DNA from: Octopus vulgaris
Lineage: Eukaryota
Assembly (NCBI GenBank): GCA_951406725.2
Contig: OX597814.1
Location: forward strand, 31,248,001-31,312,000
Length of the DNA stretch: 64,000 bases
Reading direction: 5' to 3'
Position numbers and translations under genes: made by a program
Shown: positions 1 to 12,905 of the stretch, piece after piece
Layout: each line of letters starts with the position of its first letter
Position numbering within the stretch: position 1 is the stretch's first letter
Notes under the pieces: model-generated
The model's input: the letters and a program-made list of their open reading frames with translations, nothing else
Databases searched by the model: none
What the model was told of the DNA's origin: nothing

Positions 1-153
1 TGTGTCAGTGTGTGAGCGAGTGTGTGTACATACACACACACACATTCTTAGAAACAGACACATAGAATGAGAGAGAAAGAAAGAGAAGGAGTGCTGTATT
101 GTTTATATGTTTTAATTTCCCTCTGTGGCTACTGTCTGCGCATGTGCACATTT

Positions 154-217
<64 letters not shown>

Positions 218-370
218 CTTTCATCATAGTTGTACGTAAATTTTATTTAAACTCCAATATCTTATCCCGAAGGAATATTTCAATATCCTTCTTTGATTTT
301 ATACTGATTTCTGTATTATTTTAGAGTATTCTTTATTTCTTAGAACTTCCAAATCTCTAGATGTTTTCAG

Positions 371-422
371 AGAAATTCTCACACTTTTGCAGCCGTACAG
401 AATCGGTGCTTAGAATTTGTCA
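371..422 (+). CDS. Putative host-gene exon A (RNSHTFAAVQNRCLEFV+a), RGS-like helix region
   Basis: Acceptor tgttttcag| and donor |gtaaga. 52 nt, ends in phase 1 and joins exon B in frame. The joined peptide has F-x3-Q-x13-R spacing, as in RGS-domain helices 7-8 (FDEAQ...DSYxRF). Confidence 0.4.
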
Positions 423-1170
423 GTAAGATCTGAAGAAAAAAGTTTTTCCTTCCTAAAATTTTACATCCTGCTGAAGATAACTTAACAGATTATAAAATTA
501 AAAATTAGGGTAAAAAGTAAAAAATAAATAAATAAAAAAAGCTAGCAGATATATTGAAATCAATAAGTAGATTTTTGAATAATATTTTATTTTCGAGTTC
601 CTCATATCATTTATCGAAAATTTGTCTAATTCTATCGACTTATTTGAAAAAATTCATTTTTTTCTTTCTAGCTCTATATTTTTTTTAATCATTGCTGCAT
701 AATTTCTTGCTTTCTACCGTTCCTTTCCTAACTCTTTTCTGCTGCCTTTGTTTCTCATTGTCTTCTCTACACATTTCATTGCTTTACATCTTCGTTGTTT
801 GTTTATTTTTCTCTATTATTTTAAAGATATTTTTTTCATTCTAAATTTTCATTTGTCTTTTTGTACATCTATTTATTTTTAATACAGTTTCGTCTTGTAT
901 GAAGCTTAATAATTTGGTTATTTCAAAAGGGAAAAGTTACTCAATGAAATTTGTAAGTTGTTACGTAAACTATTCAAAAATTTATCAAGATGCAGGTTTT
1001 GTCACACATAATGTGATTATTATCTTTAATGGTGCTATTGTAATTGTTACATGATTTCCGTTCTGCTAAATTTCGCTGTGCTGCTTTTTAAACAACCATT
1101 CTCTACCTCAATTTCAAAATGATTAGAATTCAGTAATCAATAATTTGTTGTATAAACCTAAAAAATCTTC

Positions 1171-1563
<393 letters not shown>

Positions 1564-1904
1564 AGCAGTAGTAGCTGCAGAAATAGTAATAGTACTAGTA
1601 GTATTTTATTTGCTTTAGTAGTAATATTATTATCGTTCCATTTTGACTTCATTATTTGTTTGAAACTTGGTACGTGCAAAAGAAAAGCGTCAAATCACAG
1701 AAAAAAAATTAATAATAGCAAGTAAAGTTATCTTCTGAGAACGTAGCGAGAAATTTTAATGCGATTTTGCGATTTACTGATAAAGCAAACTTAGATTATA
1801 TAAAAAAATGGAAGCTGAAACTTGACAAAACTTTGTACACTTTTCAAAGAAACCAGAAACTTTCCAAATATATGCAAATATAAATACACACATAAATATA
1901 TACA

Positions 1905-2136
1905 CATATGTGTGTGTGTGTATGTTTCTGTGTCTGTGTTTGTCCCCCCAACATCACTTGACAACCGATGCTGGTGTGTTTATGTCCCCGTTACCTAGCG
2001 GTTCGGCAAAAGAGACCGATAGAATAAGTACTAGACTTACAAAAAAATAAGTCCTGGGGTCGATTTGCTCGACTAAAGGCGGTGTTCCAGCAAGGCCACA
2101 GTCAAATGACTGAAACGAGTAAAAGAGTAAAAGAGA
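1905..2136 (+). mobile_element. SINE family A, 3' half
   Basis: Matches the 3' half of the copies at 3332 and 12906, including the ggcggtg..ccagc..ggccacagtcaaatgactgaaac tail and (gtaaaaga)n end. Confidence 0.85.
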
Positions 2137-2449
2137 TATGTGCACCTGACTGCAGAGTTTCACATACTTGCCAAACTTTTGCGTCAATCATTGTTCATAG
2201 TGTTGTGAATTCATAGGGTTTTATGTTCATATGTTGCTTGTCTACTTTTACACAATATTGTGTATATATTCATAAGTTTATGTAAATATTCCTTCTGTGA
2301 ATCAAGTGGTGTTATACGTATACAAAAATGTACATACGCATGCACTCAGACGCACGCAGGTCTCTGCATCTACATTGTGCATTTTGTTTGGGGAGGTAAT
2401 CGTAATTGTGGAGTTTCACATTTCTTACTGACGTCAAACTTGGTTCCTA

Positions 2450-3050
2450 GGGTTGTAGGGTCATAAGTTTGTATATATGAGGTATTGTCGTGGGTATGTA
2501 TGATGTCCATATATTTGTGTGATTGAAGAGCATAGAATAAGCTTATGGGATCATCTGACTTCTGTGCATAAAATTGATATATTTTATGTTCGATGGGGAA
2601 AAAAGCTATCTACGTTGGATGGGTGGCAGAGTAGGTGGGGCGCCCGGCCTATAATTTTGGGGTGTGAAATGTTGCTTTTGCTTGCAGAGGAGAAGCTTTC
2701 ATCTCTAATATTTAAGATATTCACTTTTGATATAATGTTAATTGTTTTCAGTGTTGCAAATCTCGCATTTGCTGCCCGTGCCCCTGTATTTGTTGGCCCT
2801 GGTAATAATACGCTAGGTTATCTAAGGGTTGTTTAGATTATAGTTAATCCAAACATGAACAAAGAGAAAACACAACAACGTGAGGACGAAGAACAAGTAT
2901 AGTGTTATTGGACGCTCAGGAAAGGAAAGAAGGAGGATTTAACATTTCGAGCGAAGCTCTTCGTCAGAAACAGAAAAAGGAAGGGTCCAAGGAAGGGAAA
3001 ACGGAGAAAGAAAATCGCCATCGATACACACACGGTCACATATTGAAATG
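2450..3050 (-). mobile_element. Penelope-like element 3' fragment plus adjacent pLTR-like segment
   Basis: The minus strand encodes IITRANKYRGTGSKCEICNTE, resembling the C-terminal CxxC region after the GIY-YIG domain of Penelope-like elements. The adjacent segment carries a hammerhead core. Confidence 0.55.
2937..2971 (-). ncRNA. Minimal hammerhead-ribozyme-like motif
   Basis: Minus strand reads gttt-CTGACGA-a-gagc(ttc)gctc-GAAA-tg-TT-aaat: core boxes, 4-bp stem II and a short stem I. Confidence 0.55.
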
Positions 3051-3267
3051 GTTGTTTAGATTTCTCAATTTCAGTGTCTATGCCATATTGGTAAATGATG
3101 TTCTGTTTTTCTTTTTAATTTTTGTCTCTGAACAAAGGCAGATGTTGCGCAATTTTGTTATGCTCGACGCGAGGCGAAAGTTCTGGTCGCGTGCGCCGCT
3201 TCTTAGCGTAACACGAAATAACAATATATATACACTAACATAGAGATTCTCTCTCTCATGTGTGTGA

Positions 3268-3331
<64 letters not shown>

Positions 3332-3335
<4 letters not shown>

Positions 3336-3735
3336 GCTGTGTGGTAAGTAGCTTGCTTACCAACCACATGGTTCCGAGTTCAGTCCCACTGCGTGGCACC
3401 TTGGGCAAGTGTCTTCTACTATAGCCTCGGGCCGACCAAAGCCTTGTGAGTGGATTTGGTAGACGGAAACTGAAAGAAGCCCGTCGTATATATGTATATA
3501 TATATATGTGTGTGTGTATGTTTGTGTGTCTGTGTTTGTCCCCCTAGCATTGCTTGACAACCGATGCTGGTGTGTTTATGTCCCCGTTACTTGACGGTTC
3601 GGCAAAAGAGACCGATAGAATAAGTAGTGGGTTTACAAAAGAATAAGTCCCGGGGTCGAGTTGCTCGATTAAAGGCGGTGCTCCAGCATGGCCACAGTCA
3701 AAATGACTGAAACAAGGAAAAAGAAAAAGAAAGAA
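3332..3735 (+). mobile_element. SINE family A (tRNA-derived head, internal TA/TG microsatellite), near full length
   Basis: A-box-like tggctgtgtggt and B-box-like gagttcagtccc. Repeated at 12906, 44975 and 62621. Confidence 0.9.
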
Positions 3736-4935
3736 ATATGTCGGTCGTCGTTAGTCACTTAAAGTTTACATTGCTACAATAACTCTCTCTCTCTCTCTCC
3801 CTCCCCCATCTCTCTCTCTATCTACCTATCTGTATATCATTCTATTCATAATACAACTAATCAATTTCTATAAATTTTGATAATTAACTTACATAAATTT
3901 ATAAACTTTTATCTTCATGTTGACACTGATTACCACCTTAACTACTTTCATTAGTCTAATATGCACATTTATTTGTTAATCTCAATACCGTCCTCTTGCC
4001 CTCTTTCTCTATTTGATTTATCCTATTCTGTTTCATTTTAAGTATTTATAAGTTATCATTACTGGCAATGTGTTTATAGCTATCTTTATATATCAAAAAT
4101 TTCCATTCTTCTTACTTCCTTTTCTTATTCTTTCCCTATCCTCTGAAATTTCGCAGAAATCTTTCTTAATAAGCAGTTTTTCTTGAGTTATTATTTTTCT
4201 TGAAATCTTATTAACTGGATTTCTGTTAATTAAAGCTAACATTAAATAATTAACTGGAGTACCTCTTTTCAAGTTAAATTAAGTAAATTCATAAGAAATG
4301 TGAGAATTTATTAACCCCGTCACTCCTAATGTACTAAACAATATGACACAGTAAATGATTTTGTTGAACAACGTCTGCACCTGTCTTGATCAAGTTTTGA
4401 TAGGGTCAAATGCCATGCTTTCATCTACACGGAACTATTGAGAAATCTACAGTTACTCTATCGAGATTACAAGTTCAGGTTTATATGTATTGGAGCACTG
4501 GTGTATGTAACACACTACCTAAATACCAATCTTGAGCAATTAAGCTTCTCAAAACCAGGAATGAGAAAGCTGATTCAAAGGTTACACTGAAACTGTTAAA
4601 ATCGGTAAACTTTTCCGTAATTTTATCGTTTAAATATATATGAGCATGTCTAGATATGCAAGCATACATAAAACAAAACACAAATCTGCACGTATACATA
4701 CATACATACATACATACATACATACATACATACATACATACATACATACATACGAACATACAACCCACAGGTTTTATAATAATAGCTGTTACAAATTTGG
4801 CTATTTAGTCTTTACTGAGGCATGAATACTTAGGATTCCAATACCCAATGTGTCATCACTTTTTTAAATCTATGAGGGATAATAGGGTATTAATTATAGC
4901 AGACCAAGCATCGACACACACACACACACACACAC

Positions 4936-4974
<39 letters not shown>

Positions 4975-4979
<5 letters not shown>

Positions 4980-5171
4980 AAATATTAGGGAATAAATCCA
5001 AATTTACAGGGAAAAATCAGATTTAGGATTGAATCCAATTTTATAGTAAAATATTATATAATATTAATTAGAGACAAAACCACTATTTTATTTACTTTAT
5101 ATTAAATTTTTTTTTATGTATTGATTAAGTCTTTCCTTGTTTGATTTACAAAATAGTGGTTTTGTCTCTAA

Positions 5172-5185
<14 letters not shown>
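4975..5185. repeat. Short element with ~35-bp inverted repeat, embedded in (TA)n
   Basis: tatataatattaattagagacaaaaccactatttt (~5055-5089) and its reverse complement (~5150-5185). (TA)n on both sides. Confidence 0.75.
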
Positions 5186-5204
<19 letters not shown>

Positions 5205-5504
5205 CGATGGGCTTCTTTCAGTTCCATCTACCAAATCCATTCACTAGGCTTTGGTCGACCCGAGTACTACCTCCTGTGTTGTCTGAATTCTAGTGACCTT
5301 CATTCTCTTTCTTGTATTCTATGTTATTAAAGTTTATAAATGTGAATATATTGTAATCAGAGAATCATAAAGTGTTATTCGACACGCAATTGTGGCGGCT
5401 GGGTGTGTTGAAGTGAAGAAGGGGATGTCTAAGGAGAAATCCTTTTCTTGTACTTGCTGGGATGTACAGGCTGCTTAGAGTGTGGATACAGTAATTGTGG
5501 TGAT

Positions 5505-5896
5505 ATTTTTTTCTAATCTAGGCACAAGACCTGAAAGTTTGGGGGAGGACCCAGTCAATTAGATCGAAACCAGTACGCAACTGGTACTTAATTTATCGAC
5601 CGCGAAAGGCAAAGTCGACCTCGGCGGAATTTGAACTCAGAACGTAAAGACAGACGAAATATCTCTTTCTTTACTACCCACAAGGGGCTAAACATAGAGA
5701 GGACAAACAAGGACATACAAACAGATTAAGTTGATTATATCGACCCCAGTGCGTAACTGGTACTTATTTAATCGACCCCGAAATCATGAAAGGCAAAGTT
5801 GACCTCGGAGGAATTTGAACTCAGAACGTAACGTCAGAGGAAATACCACTAACTATTTCACCCGGCGTGATAAGGTTTCTACTAGCTCACCGCCTT
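5505..5896 (-). mobile_element. SINE family B (internally duplicated) with 15-bp TSD
   Basis: Head ggcggtgagctagtagaa on the minus strand. TSD agtaattgtggtgat at 5490-5504 and 5897-5911. Confidence 0.9.
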
Positions 5897-5927
5897 AGTA
5901 ATTGTGGTGATGTTATGTCAAACATTG

Positions 5928-6306
5928 AAGGTGGTGAGCTGGTAGAAACGTTAGCACGCTGGGCAAAATGCTTATGTTCTGAGTTCAAATTCCGCCGAGG
6001 TTGACTTTGCCTTTCATCCTTTCGGGGTCGATTAAATAAGTACCAGTTGCGCACTGGGGTCGATATAATCAACTTAATCCATTTGTCTGTCCATGTTTGT
6101 CCCCTCTGTGTTTAGCCCCTTGTGGGTAGTAAAGAAATAGGTATTTCGTCTGTCTTTACGCTCTGAGTTCAAATGCCGCCGGTCTACTTTGTCTTTCATG
6201 CTTTCGGGGTCGATAAATTAAGTACCAGTTGCGTACTAGGGTCGATCTAACCGACTGGCTTGCTCTCCAAATATTTCGGGCCTTGTACCTAGAGGAGAAA
6301 AAGACA
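5928..6306 (+). mobile_element. SINE family B (internally duplicated) with 15-bp TSD
   Basis: Head aaggtggtgagctggtagaa, B-box gagttcaaattcc, central gcctttcatcctttcggggtcgat..aagtaccag. TSD ttatgtcaaaca(t/c)tg at 5913-5927 and 6307-6321. Confidence 0.9.
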
Positions 6307-6914
6307 TTATGTCAAACACTGTGTTGCTTGAATAGTTTTGTATCTAGATGCACAGCGTGCATCCACGACTTTCCAAACAATTGGTCAGAGAGTATTAATG
6401 TGATAATAAGCATGGACTAGTAGTTGATGTCGAAGATTGTAAACTTATGCTTATTACGTTAATACATGTGGTTTTCTTTTGAAGCTTGCATTTGCAATGT
6501 CATGACGTGTAACATGTGTCGGGAGTCGTTCGTGAAAATTATGTAACAATTGAATGATTTTATATTATAAGGCTTTTTCCATGGTTTGACTCTGATTCTC
6601 GAATCAGAGAAATTAGTTGAAGTTATTGGAAGATGCTTTAAATCACATTAACTCTATGTAAAGCTTATTTCTGCATCCATCACACACCGCTCGACCTGTG
6701 GTAATATCTTGGTTACCGTCACTTTCACTAGTCACGAACTATTGATGGGATTAAGGCGTATTTAATGATTATGCTATCTGGCGTTCATCATCTCCAATGT
6801 TTTGTGGTGTTTTCTTCTTATCGCATATTAAACTGCTCCCCACAGGTATTTCTAATAAAAAAAAACCCGTTTCTTTTCTTTTTATGCTCATTGTCCTCAT
6901 AAAATGATTTCTAA

Positions 6915-7118
6915 TTTAGGCTGAAAGAGACAAAATTTGAGGGGAGTGAATCATAGTATTGTGTCGAGTCTAGCACTTGATTGAAGCTGACAGTATCGAC
7001 CTAGTACTTGATTTTAACGAACCGGAGCAATGAAAAGCAAAATGAAACTCAGAATGTAAAGAGCCGGATCAAATATTGCAACGCATTTTCCGATCACTCT
7101 AACGGTTCTGCCAGCTCC
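6915..7118 (-). mobile_element. Degenerate SINE family B copy
   Basis: aactcagaatgtaaag...ggttctgccagctc matches the reverse complement of the family B head. Confidence 0.6.
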
Positions 7119-7569
7119 CCATTTTACTACCTACCTAAAACACAAATCCCTTCGTCTTTAATTGATTTTACCTCACCTGTTGATGATATATTTGCTACAA
7201 CTGTTTCAGCTGCTGTAACAACAATATATGCTGCTGTTGCTTAGTCCATTATCAGCTTTGGTTGACATTTGAAGCTATAAATATCGCGTCATTCCTCCTG
7301 CCAGTGAGCCTCCATAATTAATTATCCCCTTTCGTTTTCTCTCTAAGACACCGGGGTGTCTTTTCGAGGGAGATTGGGCAGCAATATCTAGTAAGTTGAA
7401 CGGCTCTCTAAACGTTATATCTTTTCTGTGGTTCTCGGTATTATAGGTGTAGTCCGCTTCTTTAAATTTGAGTGGTAATAGAGATGCATGCGTGTGATGG
7501 TTTTTAACCACAAGTTCGGCCTGTGAAAGCAGAACCATGATATAGAATATCACAAAACGATCTAGAAGT

Positions 7570-8650
7570 TTTTACATGTTATTACGTAAAAGGGGAAGTG
7601 CATGTAAAGAATGAAAATAGTTTACGCAAAGATTTGAGGATTGTAAAAGATTCATTTCTTCATCGCTGGCATCAGAAGATGAGAAGAGAGTGGGAGGCAA
7701 GAAAAAGTGGTCACTGAAACTATTAAGGATGACTGCGAGATTAGCTAAACTTCATTGTCGCAGTGAGTCATATATTTGAAGGATATTTCCTGGTTCTAGA
7801 TGCGGGGAGCAGTAAAGTTGATATACATAGATATACAGTAAAGTATTTTGTTTGAAGAACTAAACGTTTTTGTTGCTAATATTAATATGAGATATAGTGA
7901 GCGCGTATACATGTGTGTATGTGTGCGAGGTGAGTGTGTTTATGTTTGTGGGTAAATATGTATATGTGCAAGTGTGCAAACACCACGTTTTCCGCTGAAG
8001 TTTTAATGAAGGATTTATCATGGAGAGCATAAAGGGATTATAGACAATGCTCGAGAAATTTGTATCTCTAAGGGGAATATTGCGAGCTTTCAGCCCTACG
8101 GGTGGTTACGTCATACCTAGACAGTATCGGTGTCGAGTAGACAATATCATTCCAATCTAGCGAAAGTGTTTAGGATATGTTTAATTAATTATTTATTTAT
8201 TTGGTTACTGACAACGTATAGGCAACATGAGTATATCTTGGAATTACGATAATCCTTTATTACCTCCCTAGCACGGATTCTTGAACGAGAGGAAAATCGT
8301 CAAGATACGCAGATGACTGGAGTTGGTGTTGTACTGAATGAGGTCACGGACATGGGAATGCATTACAGAACTGCTAGCACTAAGTAAAAATTTCAGTGAC
8401 CATGACGTTAGTATCGTTATGTACGCTGGAAAGTAAATCTTGGTTAATGACGATTCCTACTGCGAGAAGAAAGAAGGCGATCTAGAGTCGGTATGTCTAT
8501 AGCTAACTATGACGACACCGAGGTCGATGACCTGATCGAGTTATTCATAAAAAAGCTCACAGCTGTAAGATTAGCCAATACGTTTTATCAAAGTTTAGAT
8601 ACGGTAACATTTACAAGGAAAGGGCTGGCAGTGGCTTCGAAGTCATTGTC
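7570..8650 (+). mobile_element. Highly degenerate RTE-like LINE remnants
   Basis: An SRYADD-like RT motif near 8300 and weak C-terminal RTE-like patches. Many stops. Confidence 0.3.
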
Positions 8651-8666
8651 AATAGTTCCATGCAAA

Positions 8667-8736
<70 letters not shown>

Positions 8737-8766
8737 CAAAGTTGAGGGGTATCGCACGAGTGGAAT

Positions 8767-9906
8767 TATATACGAAAGAAGGTTTGAAAATGCAATTTAA
8801 AAGATGTTTATTTACTTAACCGGTTTCACTCTTTGGAAAAAGATTGTCAAAAGTAACATAGAATATTATGAATTAAAAAAAATTTTGCATAATTGCCACA
8901 TTACATGTATATATACAGTCTTTGGTAACAGGGACATGTTAAGGACATAAATAAGTACAACAGTGTGATGAGAATATTTGAAAAAATGGGCAGAAAAGAA
9001 TAAAACAAATATATTATTGGAAGTTTGGTTGCGTTAATTATTGGTTGTTGCAAATTGCCACATTACAGGTATATATACAGTCTTTGGTAACAGGGACATG
9101 TTAAGGACATAAGAAAGTACAACAGTATGATGAGAATATTTGAAAAAATGGGCAGAAAAGATTAAAACAAATATATTATACATCTCAGGGTCAGTACAGA
9201 ATATTATGAATTCAAGACGAGGTTGTTTACTGACCTGTACGTTTTAGCAGAAATGTAGAATTGAAAAAGATGTACCCGTTTTTTTCTTTTTTTTGGCTTT
9301 CCTTGAATTCATAATATTCTGTACTGACCCTGAGATGTATAATATATTTGTTTTAATCTTTTCTGCCCATTTTTTCAAATATTCTCATCATACTGTTGTA
9401 CTTTCTTATGTCCTTAACATGTCCCTGTTACCAAAGACTGTATATATACATGTAATGTGGCAATTTGCAACAACCAATAATTAACGCAACCAAACTTCCA
9501 ATAATATATTTGTTTTATTCTTTTCTGCCCATTTTTTCAAATATTCTCATCATACTGTTGTACTTCTTTATGTCCTTAACATGTCCCTGTTACCAAAGAC
9601 TGTATATATACATGTAATGTGGCAATTTGCAACAACCAATAATTAACGCAACCAAACTTCCAATAATATATTTGTTTTATTCTTTTCTGCCCATTTTTTC
9701 AAATATTCTCATCACACTGTTGTACTTCTTTATGTCCTTAACATGTCCCTGTTACCAAAGACTGTATATATACATGTAATGTGGCAATTATGTAAAAAAT
9801 GTTTGAATTCATAATATTCTATGTTACTTTTGACAATCTTTTTCCAAAGAGTGAAACCGGTTAAGTAAATAAACATCTTTTAAATTGCATTTTCAAACCT
9901 TCTTTC

Positions 9907-9913
<7 letters not shown>
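8767..9913. repeat. 1.15-kb fold-back palindrome with 162-bp tandem subunits
   Basis: Left arm 8767-9216, spacer 9217-9301, right arm 9302-9913. The right arm has one extra 162-bp unit. Flanked by (TA)n. Confidence 0.95.
9824..9868 (+). ncRNA. Degenerate hammerhead-like scaffold (mirror copy at ~8812-8856 on -)
   Basis: ttactt-TTGACAA-tcttt(ttcc)aaaga-gt-GAAA-ccgg-TT-aagtaa: perfect 6-bp stem I, 5-bp stem II, palindromic stem III, then AATAAA. The first core box has two mismatches to CUGANGA. Confidence 0.5.
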
Positions 9914-9945
<32 letters not shown>

Positions 9946-9948
<3 letters not shown>

Positions 9949-10172
9949 CTTTACTACCTACAAGGGGCTAAACACAGAGGGGACAAACAAGGACAGACAA
10001 ACGGATTAAGTCGATTACATACACTCCAGTGCGTAACTGGTACTTAATTTATCGTCCCCGAAAGGATGAAAGGCGAAGTCGACCTCGGCGGAATTTGAAC
10101 TCAGAACGTAACGGCAGACGAATAGGGCTACGCATTTCGCCCGGCGTGCTAAAGTTTCTGCCAGCTCGCCGC
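9946..10172 (-). mobile_element. SINE family B
   Basis: Reverse complement of the ggcgagctggcagaaa head and central domain. Confidence 0.9.
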
Positions 10173-10797
10173 ACATACACATACACACATGCATACTTAC
10201 ATACATACATATTTACGTCCACACAAACACATATTTATATATATATATATATAGATAGATACACACAATTAAGTGCAAAGCTGATAGTATGGAAAATCCA
10301 TACAAAGATATTCGGATGAATAAGGAATGGGATAGGTAATGAGTCAGGGAAAAAGAAACAGAACTACTCCGATAGATAGATATATAAAGATTAAATAGTT
10401 ATGCCAATAGATAAATTTTATATCTCTTGTATTATTAAGATATTAACACGTATGTTCACCTATTGTCATTTCATATACGCATATATTAACTTCTATTATT
10501 TTTATTTAGTTTTCATATTGTTTAAACATAAGGAATGGAGAAATTACTTAAAAACAAATGTATAAGTAGGAAAGAATACTTCGAAAAGAATGCAGCAAAA
10601 TACTATTATATTTATTTATGTATTATTCATATGAAAATCTAATATCCATTTAAAATATATTGGGGGGAAAAAACTCTACAGAAATTTGGACAAACATTAT
10701 GAAGTGATAAAAATGAAATATCTATGCAAGGCCTATGATGATTCCTTCATTAAATATTCCTAAGAGGCGTCAATGAATTTCTTGAGAATTTCAGAAG

Positions 10798-10850
<53 letters not shown>

Positions 10851-11109
10851 CGAGATAAACCTAACTTTCTGAGGTCTTTAATATATTCACTCTAAAGAAC
10901 AATAAATAATAGAGCATTACACACGCTCACTCACTCACACTCACATACACACACACGCACATACAGGTGCACACAAACTCGCGCGCGCAAACACACACGT
11001 ACACACACACACATATATGCGTCTGTGTATACGTACCCATACAAAAATATGCCTGCACGTCCATGCACGCCAGTTTAAATATAAGTATGTTATTTAAAAG
11101 AATATTCTG

Positions 11110-11154
11110 TGTTATGTATACACATATACATACATACACACATACATACATACA

Positions 11155-11185
<31 letters not shown>

Positions 11186-11402
11186 TCATATATATATATA
11201 TATATATGCATGTATCTATGTATGTATATATATATATATATATATATGTGCATGTATATATATATGTATATATACATACATGCACATATATATACATATA
11301 TATGTGCATGTATATATATGTATATCTACATACATATATACATACGTGTATAGGTGTTTTGCTTTGTGCATGTGTCAATACATGCATTCAAGAAAACATA
11401 CA

Positions 11403-11463
<61 letters not shown>

Positions 11464-12034
11464 GTTCTGTAGATGCATACATATACGCATATGCACACAA
11501 ACGCACACCACACACGTCTCATCATCCACTCTAATACGCACAAATACAAATGCAGAAAAATAATATTACACATTCATCCACATTTTAGAACGTCTGTTTT
11601 TCTCTTCTCTTCCTTCGCTGTATTATGAAAAACCTTCTGCTGCAGATGCTTTAAGCCAACAACTAAGTTAAAATTATATCTGATAACAAAGTTGTTTTTA
11701 TTTTCGTTTTGTTTCAAACTCGTTTTTCTTCTTTGTTGGACAGGAATGCGCAGATAAATTTTAAGATATACATCCTGACTTTTTTCTCTCACAATTATTT
11801 AGAGTCTTTTGGCATTCTTACTTCTTCAGAACGTATGATTGCGTTTCAATCTAATTTTTTCATATATATATACATACATACATACATACATATATATATA
11901 TGTGTGTGTATGTATGTATATATCTATATATATAGGTAGATATATATATATATTAATATATACATATATATATGCATACATGTATATACAGAGATATATA
12001 CTTATACACACATATATATATATGTGTTTGTGTG

Positions 12035-12092
<58 letters not shown>

Positions 12093-12200
12093 CATACAGG
12101 TATACATAATATATGTATACATGTATATGTATGTAAATATACATACGTAAAAAACAGTATGTTTATATATATATATAAATGTATGTATATAAATGCATGC

Positions 12201-12232
<32 letters not shown>

Positions 12233-12239
12233 GTACATA

Positions 12240-12301
<62 letters not shown>

Positions 12302-12306
12302 TATAT
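11110..12306. repeat. Large (TA)n/(CATA)n/(TATG)n microsatellite fields
   Basis: Directly visible. Source of many YIYI/HTYI ORFs. Confidence 0.95.
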
Positions 12307-12790
12307 AAAATTATAAAATCTATTATATATGTAATTTATTTCAATATGTGATTTGATTATATTTTCAATGTCTCTTCGTATTAGTTGTACTTAATATATC
12401 ATTATATACATTATTATCTCTTTAACACTGATTCTTTTCACACTTACTGCACCCTTATGCTAATTGCTTTCTCAAAAATGCACTTTCGTTATAATTACGA
12501 GATATTTATCTATATGATTAATACAGCAGTTTATTTCTGTAAATTAATTTAAAGTTATCATTTGAAAGTTGATTTCGGCAATTTAAATACCCATGTAATA
12601 TTGTCGTGTATGTTGTCAGTTGTATGTGATAATGCTCGTCATATTTCGGCTCTTGTCGTAAGTTTTCGGTCTTTAGCGAATTCAGTTCGCAGTACCGCCT
12701 ATAAACTTAATTTTGTTAAAATGTGATGAAGAAGGCCTTTCTCACAGCATTTTCTCCACGAAATTATTGGAAAATTTCAATAAATTAAAG

Positions 12791-12896
12791 ATCACGTTGA
12801 TAGCACAGGTTCTCGACCGATCACGTAAATTAAGCAACGTCGAGCCTGGCTAGTACTTAGATGGGTGACCGCTTGGGAAACTTAGGTGCTCTAAGC
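12791..12896 (+). pseudogene. 5S rRNA pseudogene (5'-truncated)
   Basis: cacgttga..gttctcgaccgatcac..aattaagcaacgtcgagcc..tagtacttagatgggtgaccgcttgggaa..ggtgct.taagc is colinear with the metazoan 5S rRNA sequence. It lacks ~12 nt at the 5' end and has several substitutions. Confidence 0.85.
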
Positions 12897-12905
12897 GTCA
12901 CACAA

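Noticed and set aside
12791-12896. Functional 5S rRNA gene
   Set aside because: 5' end missing, multiple substitutions, no oligo-T terminator and not in a tandem array.
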